A stretch of 64,000 bases of DNA, from positions 32,001 to 96,000 of the forward strand of contig JBBDJA010000010.1 in NCBI GenBank assembly GCA_040880105.1, written 5' to 3'. The first letter of the stretch is position 1; every line of letters starts with the position of its first letter. This DNA comes from Waddliaceae bacterium. Its GTDB lineage: Bacteria; Chlamydiota; Chlamydiia; Chlamydiales; SLOH01. This document shows positions 57,513 through 64,000 of the stretch, in pieces. The position numbers and the translations under genes were made by a program. The notes under the pieces were generated by a model. It was not told the DNA's origin, searched no databases, and was given only the letters and a program-made list of their open reading frames with translations.

Positions 57513-59867
57513 ATGCAATTAACAAGACCTATTTTATTAATTTTCTTCCTATTCACATTCGCTGTTGGATATGCGCAAGAGCGTTATGAAATTGAACGGG
57601 TAGAAATCGTTCACGGCAATCCTAGGATGATGGAGCAAATTGACCTGTACCCATACCAGTCGCGTTTGGGAACTCAAGAAGGCGCTTACTTCTCACAGGC
57701 TGAGTTTGATAAAGATCTTAAGCTTTTGGTAGCAGATTTTGATAGAGTTGAACCGAATATTGATTTTGTTGATGGTAAGCTCGTCATTACAATTGAGGTT
57801 TGGACAAAGCCCTTTATTCGTCAAATCCGCTTTGAAGGGAATCAAAAAATCGGAACTTCTAGGTTACTTAGCGAATTAGATATTACTCCTGGAACAGTTT
57901 TTGATCGCTTTGCATTCCATGAGGCATTTCATAAAGTTCGAACGCTCTATCTGCAAAAAGGATATTTTGAAGCAGAGATGGATTATCATGTTGAGTCGGA
58001 TGAATTTGAGAACCAAGTCGATATTACAGTTTCTATCGATGAAGGCAAGTCTGGATATGTGAGAGACATCCTATTTACCAACTTTACAAATGCAGAGAGA
58101 GTTGCTGTCCTCGACTTAATGTTCACAAGCAAATACTTCTCTTTGATCAGTTGGCTGACATCTCATGGCGTTTACAACGAGGAGATGCTGCAGCAGGATC
58201 GCTATATCATTATCAATTATCTCCAAAATCGCGGCTATGCAGATGTCAACGTTGAAATTGATATAACGGAAGATCCGAAAACCGGTCAACTACTTGTTCA
58301 TATCACCGCGTTTAAAGGTCAAATTTATCGCTTTGGCGAGGTGACATTCGGTGGAAACTGCATCTTCTCTAATCAAGAGATCGCAGATCAAATTTGCATT
58401 AACTCAGGCGATGTCTACTCTCCCGATCATTTAATTGAAGCGTCTGACCGCATCAGTCGACTCTATGGAAAGTGCGGGTATATCAACACATTTGTCACAT
58501 TCGAGCCCCGTCTGATTGCCGATCAATGCAGTTATAATGTGCATTTTTCAGTCGAAGAAGGTGAGCAATATCGAGTCGGGATGATTAAAGTATTTGGAAA
58601 TAGCTGTACTCAAACCAAAGTCATCCTCCATGAAACGCTATTGGTTCCGGGTCAGGTATTCAATATAGATAAAATGCGTGCGACTGAGATCAGACTTTTA
58701 AACACCGGCTTTTTTAAATGTGTCAACGTCTACCCTGTAGAGTCTCAAGGTGTGCTTGAAGGGTGCGGAAATTACCGTGATGTTCATATCGAAGTAGAAG
58801 AGACCGGAACTGGACACTTTGGAATTTCAGCCGGATTTAGTACGAGTGAAAATCTTTTTGCCGCGATTAACATCACTGAAAAGAACTTCAATATCGCAGG
58901 CGTTCCAGCTGCTTTTAGAGGTGATTATAGCAATCTTCGAGGGGGCGGTGAGTACTTTAGTATCTTAACTCAGCAAGGGCTTGAAGCAAGTTCTTATGGG
59001 ATCTCCTGGACGAAGCCTCATTTTATGGACACGCCTTGGACTCTCGGTTTTGATATAGACTATTCTACATCCGACTATACCTCAAACGCATATGACATCG
59101 ACGCTTGGGGATTCTCTTTCCATTCACATTACTGTCTAGATAAGTTTTGGAAGCTTGGGCTGCATTATCGCTTGCGAGATAGTCACATTCACTTGCAGAC
59201 AGATAATCCTTCCAAGGAATTAGAGAGACAGGTGAAGAATTCAGGCCTGATTACCGCTATGGGAGCCTCATTTGTCCATAACACAACAAATAGCATCGCA
59301 TGTCCGACTAGCGGCGTTAAAATGAATTGGAGTGTTGAAGCGGCAGGTGCCCCCGGTGATCACAATTTCCTATCGGCTGCTTTTTTAAATACTGTATACT
59401 TTAATGTGTATGATTTTGCGATTTTAAAAGTGAGAGCCGACTATCGTTTCTTGCATCCGTTGAACGGCACAACAGTCGATGATATTCCGATCGATGAGAG
59501 ATTTTTCTTAGGGGGCGCATACGAAGTTAGAGGATATAAACCTTACTATCTTGGACCTAAATATGAAAATTCGGCAGGAAAGGATGATATTCCAGCCGGA
59601 GGGGTTTCAATGGAGCTCTTTTCCATTGAATTGTATAAACCAATCACTTCGATATTTGAGCCTTTTGTCTTTTTTGATGCCGGTGGACTATCCGATCAAG
59701 TATGGGACTACGGAGTAAACAAAAAAGCGGCTTACGGGATTGGAGCGCGCCTAAGCTTAATGCCCGGCAATCCGCCGGTTACTATTGGGTATGGTTGGGT
59801 TATTAATGAGATTGAAGAAGATAACGATGTAAAGCACTTCTTCCTGACCTTAGGGGGAAGATTCTAA
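57513..59867 (+). CDS. bamA: Outer membrane protein assembly factor BamA
   Basis: POTRA repeats, FFLGG..VRGY motif, C-terminal LGGRF; start moved to ATG 57513. Confidence 0.95.
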   Translation: MQLTRPILLIFFLFTFAVGYAQERYEIERVEIVHGNPRMMEQIDLYPYQSRLGTQEGAYFSQAEFDKDLKLLVADFDRVEPNIDFVDGKLVITIEVWTKPFIRQIRFEGNQKIGTSRLLSELDITPGTVFDRFAFHEAFHKVRTLYLQKGYFEAEMDYHVESDEFENQVDITVSIDEGKSGYVRDILFTNFTNAERVAVLDLMFTSKYFSLISWLTSHGVYNEEMLQQDRYIIINYLQNRGYADVNVEIDITEDPKTGQLLVHITAFKGQIYRFGEVTFGGNCIFSNQEIADQICINSGDVYSPDHLIEASDRISRLYGKCGYINTFVTFEPRLIADQCSYNVHFSVEEGEQYRVGMIKVFGNSCTQTKVILHETLLVPGQVFNIDKMRATEIRLLNTGFFKCVNVYPVESQGVLEGCGNYRDVHIEVEETGTGHFGISAGFSTSENLFAAINITEKNFNIAGVPAAFRGDYSNLRGGGEYFSILTQQGLEASSYGISWTKPHFMDTPWTLGFDIDYSTSDYTSNAYDIDAWGFSFHSHYCLDKFWKLGLHYRLRDSHIHLQTDNPSKELERQVKNSGLITAMGASFVHNTTNSIACPTSGVKMNWSVEAAGAPGDHNFLSAAFLNTVYFNVYDFAILKVRADYRFLHPLNGTTVDDIPIDERFFLGGAYEVRGYKPYYLGPKYENSAGKDDIPAGGVSMELFSIELYKPITSIFEPFVFFDAGGLSDQVWDYGVNKKAAYGIGARLSLMPGNPPVTIGYGWVINEIEEDNDVKHFFLTLGGRF

Positions 59868-59888
59868 GTTTTAAACGAAAGGAGAATC

Positions 59889-60419
59889 ATGATGAAAACA
59901 AAAAAAATACCGTTAATCCTATTCATTGCCTGTGCAATGCTTTCATTTTCTGCAGCGTCTGCGAAAGAAGTGAAAGTGGGATACGTGGACTTTAAAAAAT
60001 GCGTTGAAAATTCACGCCAAGGAAAAGATGAGCTCAATAACTTTGAGACCATGAAAAAGCAGATGGACGAACTGCTATCATCTAAAGAAAAGGAGCTAAA
60101 GGAAGTAGCCGCTAAACTTAGCGACCCTGACTATCTTGACAGCTTGTCTCAAACAGCAGAAGCTGAACTTAAGCATAAAGGAAGAACGCTTAGCCAAGAG
60201 ATGTCGCGCGCACAAAATGAGTATTATCAAATGTTGCAGCAAGCAAACATGAAGGTGATGCAAATCATTCAAGATCATGTATCAAGTGCTTCAGAAAAAG
60301 TGGCACAAGCAAAAAGCTATGACTTTATTTTAAGAGACGGCTCTGTTTTTTATGCAAACCCAACACACGATATTACAAATCTTGTCGTTGAGCAAATGGA
60401 TAAAGATTATAAAAAATAA
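59889..60419 (+). CDS. skp: OmpH/Skp periplasmic chaperone
   Basis: Signal peptide, KVGYVD, YDFIL, DITN.V; lies between bamA and lpxD. Confidence 0.95.
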   Translation: MMKTKKIPLILFIACAMLSFSAASAKEVKVGYVDFKKCVENSRQGKDELNNFETMKKQMDELLSSKEKELKEVAAKLSDPDYLDSLSQTAEAELKHKGRTLSQEMSRAQNEYYQMLQQANMKVMQIIQDHVSSASEKVAQAKSYDFILRDGSVFYANPTHDITNLVVEQMDKDYKK

Positions 60420-61456
60420 TGGATGCGTTAACACTTAATCAAATAGCAGAGCTAACGCACTCTAAAATACACGGTGACCCCCAAAAAAATATCACCGGCG
60501 TCTCTGACTTGAAATCAGCAAAGAGGCAACACGCCTCTTTTGTTGCAAGTCAGGACTTCTACAAAGCAATGCTTCAATCTGAAGCGGGGGTCATCTTTGC
60601 ACCTTATAATATGAAACTACCCGAAGGGAAAGATTTTCTGCTTAATGAAAACCCATCTCGCGCGTTTCAGACAGTAGCGGAACACTTTCAAGGATTATCT
60701 TGTGACCGAAGCTCCGCCTTCCAGGGAGTTCATGACACTGCTGTTATTCATCCCTCATCAATTGTCGAAGAAAATGTCACAATCGGACCAAAAGCTGTTA
60801 TTGATCGAGACTGTTTCATTGGCGCCGGTACATTTATCGGAGCCGGTTGCTATATCGGTTTGGAAACGCGCATAGGAAATGACTGTCTCATTCATCCAAA
60901 TGTGACGATACGCGAAAAAACAGTCATCGGCAATCGCGTGAATCTACAGCCGGGAGTTGTTATTGGAGGCTGCGGCTTTGGATTTCAAACAGACGCTAAG
61001 GGCAATCATCATAAGATCAGTCAAATTGGCATTGTAGTAATTGAAGATGACGTTGAGATAGGCTCTAACACTACCGTCTGCCGGGCGCGATTTGGAGAGA
61101 CAGTCATCGGTCAAGGAACAAAGATAGATACCCTCGTTGTGATCGGGCACGGCGTCAAACTTGGACCGAATAACTTAATTGTCGGACAAGCAGGTATTGC
61201 CGGATCCTCGAAGACAGGGCGAAATGTTGTCTTAGCCGGACATGTCGCAGTGAAAGAGCAGGTGGAACTTGCCGATGGGGTTATTATAACCGGAAAGAGC
61301 GGGGTCTCAAAATCGATTACCAAAGCGGGTCCCTACGGCGGCATACCGGCAGTCCCTCTTAAAGAACACCATCGAACCAATGTCCATATCCGCAATTTAG
61401 GTAAACTATTCGAGGAAGTTAAAGAGATTAAATTAAAACTGGAGAAACTTATATGA
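60419..61456 (+). CDS. lpxD: UDP-3-O-acyl-glucosamine N-acyltransferase
   Basis: Hexapeptide repeats, GFGF, DDVEIGSNTT, TKID.LV.IGH. Confidence 0.97.
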   Translation: MDALTLNQIAELTHSKIHGDPQKNITGVSDLKSAKRQHASFVASQDFYKAMLQSEAGVIFAPYNMKLPEGKDFLLNENPSRAFQTVAEHFQGLSCDRSSAFQGVHDTAVIHPSSIVEENVTIGPKAVIDRDCFIGAGTFIGAGCYIGLETRIGNDCLIHPNVTIREKTVIGNRVNLQPGVVIGGCGFGFQTDAKGNHHKISQIGIVVIEDDVEIGSNTTVCRARFGETVIGQGTKIDTLVVIGHGVKLGPNNLIVGQAGIAGSSKTGRNVVLAGHVAVKEQVELADGVIITGKSGVSKSITKAGPYGGIPAVPLKEHHRTNVHIRNLGKLFEEVKEIKLKLEKLI

Positions 61457-62010
61457 GCATCGGAAGAATGTGTCTATTTCCTTTTAGACCCCAAGTCAAC
61501 TCCTCTTTTTTAAGAACTCCTGTCAATTTTCAAAGTCGCCTTGTCAATCACTTCTCAATGCAACAAGCAGCGCCCGATATCAGGTTTCGTAACATTTGGA
61601 TTGGCGCTTCAGATTCTTTAGAAGCAAGATACAATCTTAAAGGGGTTGCTGGCTTGACTAAAGAAGAATTGAAGAAAGCACCAAAAAAACTGTATCGTGA
61701 CATGATGTACTATGCAGAGCACGGTCATGCAGCTCAGATTATAGAAGCAAATCAAAGATTTAAAAAATGCATTAAATACACAGTCGCGACAAGGGCTAAA
61801 AAGCGACGCAGCAAAGCAAGTGTAAATGGTCCTGTGTATGATCTTATGCGTTGGAAGTTTGAAAGATCCGAAGTAGAGAATATTTATAGATCTATGAGAT
61901 ACTCATCACTCATCCTTAGGGGGCAATTTCGATATGGAGAATCATCAAAGTTTCTAAAATTTTCAAATGAGTTAATCGGGAGAGACAACGCTGAAGTCGA
62001 TTTAATTTGA
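61453..62010 (+). CDS. Hypothetical basic protein
   Basis: 185 aa ORF with ATGA overlap with lpxD and a GGAG RBS. Confidence 0.65.
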   Translation: MSIGRMCLFPFRPQVNSSFLRTPVNFQSRLVNHFSMQQAAPDIRFRNIWIGASDSLEARYNLKGVAGLTKEELKKAPKKLYRDMMYYAEHGHAAQIIEANQRFKKCIKYTVATRAKKRRSKASVNGPVYDLMRWKFERSEVENIYRSMRYSSLILRGQFRYGESSKFLKFSNELIGRDNAEVDLI

Positions 62011-62138
62011 AACGATACTCTTGCTCTCAACCCCTGTAATAGGACTTACGCTCCAATGATATGTTGGCGAATTTCGAAATGAGAAACCACTCAAAATTTT
62101 AATACTTCAAGATGCACAACTGTTAAGATCACTTAGTA

Positions 62139-63203
62139 TTAAACGATAATCCCGCTACCAAGGCAAACGTCGCCTTTATAGAAAACAACTGCTTGTCTAG
62201 GGGTAATCGCACGCTCGGGATTTGCGAACTTCACTTTTGCTACACCATTCTCAATCGATTCAATGATGCACGAGACATCATTTTGCCGGTACCTGACTTT
62301 ACAACTACAAGCAAATGGGAGTGTATCTAGACTATTTGGAGAGATCCAGTTTAACTCGTTTGCAAGAAGACCTTCTTTATACAGGGCCGGGTGATTCTCA
62401 CCTTGAACGACAACGACGCGGTTTAGTGATAAATCCTTATCGACAACAAACCACGGATCTCCCGCGCCTCCGATACCAAGACCTCGCCTTTGACCAATCG
62501 TATAAAAGGGTGCCCCGTCATGGCGCCCGACCACTTCACCTTCGGGGGTAATGAACTCTCCCGGCTCTGTTTGGACATACTGGCTTACAAATTCTTTAAA
62601 GTTGCGTTTACCGATGAAGCAGATTCCTGTACTGTCTCTTTTCTCCGATGTTGCAAGGCCATGGGTTCTGGCCAGTTCCCTTACCTCACTTTTCATAAGA
62701 TCTCCAATGGGGAAAAGAACGTGATTGAGTGCGTTTCCGTTAATGGATGCAAGGAAGTAGCTTTGGTCTTTATTCGGGTCTTTTCCTCTTAGAAGTTGCG
62801 GATTTGCGCCCTCCATTCCAATCCGGCAGTAATGGCCCGTCGCAAGCTTACTTGCGCCTAGTTCTAGCGCCTTATCTAAAAAGACCTGAAATTTAATTTC
62901 TCGATTGCATAGAAGATCGGGATTAGGCGTCAAACCTTGTTTTAGATCAGAGATGAAAGGCTCGAAGACGCTTTTCCAGTACTCTTGAACAAAGTTTACG
63001 CCGTAGTACGGAATATCAAGCGTTTCACAGACGCGGACGACATCCTCATAATCACGTGTCGATTGACACACCCCGTTTGCATCCTTCTCTTCCCAGTTTT
63101 TCATGAAGAGTCCGATCACATGATAGCCTTGTTGCTTTAGTAAGAGCGCGGCAACAGAGGAGTCAACGCCACCGGACATTCCGACGCAAATTGTTTCTTT
63201 CAT
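62139..63203 (-). CDS. mnmA: tRNA 2-thiouridine(34) synthase MnmA
   Basis: GMSGGVDSS, TPNPDLLCN, ATGHY, KDQSYFL, DSTGICFIG. Confidence 0.98.
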   Translation of the reverse strand: MKETICVGMSGGVDSSVAALLLKQQGYHVIGLFMKNWEEKDANGVCQSTRDYEDVVRVCETLDIPYYGVNFVQEYWKSVFEPFISDLKQGLTPNPDLLCNREIKFQVFLDKALELGASKLATGHYCRIGMEGANPQLLRGKDPNKDQSYFLASINGNALNHVLFPIGDLMKSEVRELARTHGLATSEKRDSTGICFIGKRNFKEFVSQYVQTEPGEFITPEGEVVGRHDGAPFYTIGQRRGLGIGGAGDPWFVVDKDLSLNRVVVVQGENHPALYKEGLLANELNWISPNSLDTLPFACSCKVRYRQNDVSCIIESIENGVAKVKFANPERAITPRQAVVFYKGDVCLGSGIIV

Positions 63204-63230
63204 TGTAATTCACTTTTAAAGTTCTAAAGT

Positions 63231-64000
63231 TTAAGCGATTACAGATTTTTTTTCAACAACAGCAACCATTTGACAGCAAGCGGCATTACTTGCAACATTT
63301 GTCATTGTACGAATCATATCTAAAAGACGCTCGACCGGAAGGAGAAGGGCAATTGCCGATTCAGCCCCCGTGACTCCAATGGATTGCAAGATCATGATAA
63401 TGATGACAAGCGAGGCTGATGGAATCCCGGTCACCATACCCCACGATGTAAAAAAGCACATGATACCAATTGTTAGGTAGGTAGAAAATGTGAGCTCAAC
63501 GCCCATTGTGCCCGCTAAAAATGGAACAGCAGTCGCGCAGTATGCAGCCGTTCCGGCCAAATTCATGGAAGTCCCAAGAGGAAGAACAAAACTGCAAATA
63601 CGTGCAGGGAGACCTGCCTCTTCAAGAGATTGAAGCGTAACAGGAAGAGTTGCAGCAGTTGAGCTTGTTGTGAATGCTGTAATTAGCGGCTTTAGTATAG
63701 ATTGATAGAACCTGAAAGGTGAGACCTTGTGCATGAGCAAAAGAGAGGGGATAATTACCAACAGAACAAGAAGTTGGGCGAGGAGCGCCTGAGTAAAAAA
63801 ATAGAGGACAGGGCCGATCATACTCGCTCCGGTTTCAGAAACAGCCTTTGCAATCAGACCAAAAACGCCAATCGGAAGAAACTTCATAATGATCATTGTC
63901 ATTTCCATCATGATCTGAAAACTTCCTTGCCAGAATTGAGAGACGACCTCTTTAACACCGCTTTTGAGTTTATTAATACAGATGCCGAAAAGAAAAGAAA
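63231..64000 (-). CDS. Dicarboxylate/amino acid:cation symporter (DAACS), 5' truncated by the window
   Basis: AFTTSSTAATLP, FVLPLG.SMN, ERLLDMIRT..NV; the frame stays open to the window edge. Confidence 0.92.
   Translation of the reverse strand, partial: SFLFGICINKLKSGVKEVVSQFWQGSFQIMMEMTMIIMKFLPIGVFGLIAKAVSETGASMIGPVLYFFTQALLAQLLVLLVIIPSLLLMHKVSPFRFYQSILKPLITAFTTSSTAATLPVTLQSLEEAGLPARICSFVLPLGTSMNLAGTAAYCATAVPFLAGTMGVELTFSTYLTIGIMCFFTSWGMVTGIPSASLVIIIMILQSIGVTGAESAIALLLPVERLLDMIRTMTNVASNAACCQMVAVVEKKSVIA

Noticed and set aside
62011..62138. Possible element between the orphan ORF and mnmA
   Set aside because: Only TACT/AGTA ends with poor inner complementarity.
272..63911. Many short antisense or alternate-frame ORFs in the ORF track (e.g. 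738-1121, 5619-6011, 18552-19010, 46844-47257)
   Set aside because: They lie within confidently identified genes and show no motifs or RBS; treated as shadow ORFs.

Overview
A 64 kb stretch of mostly core genes from a member of the phylum Chlamydiae, probably an environmental (non-Chlamydiaceae) lineage. The assignment is inferred from gene order (rpoBC-tal-V-ATPase; glmM-glmS-tyrP; rplY-pth-rpsF-rpsR-rplI-ispE; pdhABC next to recR-bamA-skp-lpxD), together with prs and hldDE, which as I recall Chlamydiaceae lack. Housekeeping content: secE-nusG-rplKAJL-rpoBC, transaldolase, a V/A-type ATPase operon with Na+ ligands in subunit K, DAHP synthase, yceD-rpmF-plsX, lipid A and ADP-heptose genes, pcnB, tRNA-Gln and mnmA. 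The less ordinary parts are: (1) three tandem paralogous small exported membrane peptides after rpoC (Cys-rich linker in two of them, His-containing tails); (2) a family of about 160 bp MITE-like elements with IS5-like ends, in three copies; (3) an accessory block with a GNAT-like protein, a beta-barrel, an ATP-grasp enzyme that appears to start at ATT, and a coupled HPPD/HglS-like dioxygenase candidate; (4) a 146-190 nt G-U-rich structured RNA candidate upstream of tRNA-Gln; (5) a BrxC-like redoxin fused to a domain resembling colicin D immunity protein. No CRISPR array, prophage or transposase gene was seen. All calls are by-eye motif recognition; no searches were run.
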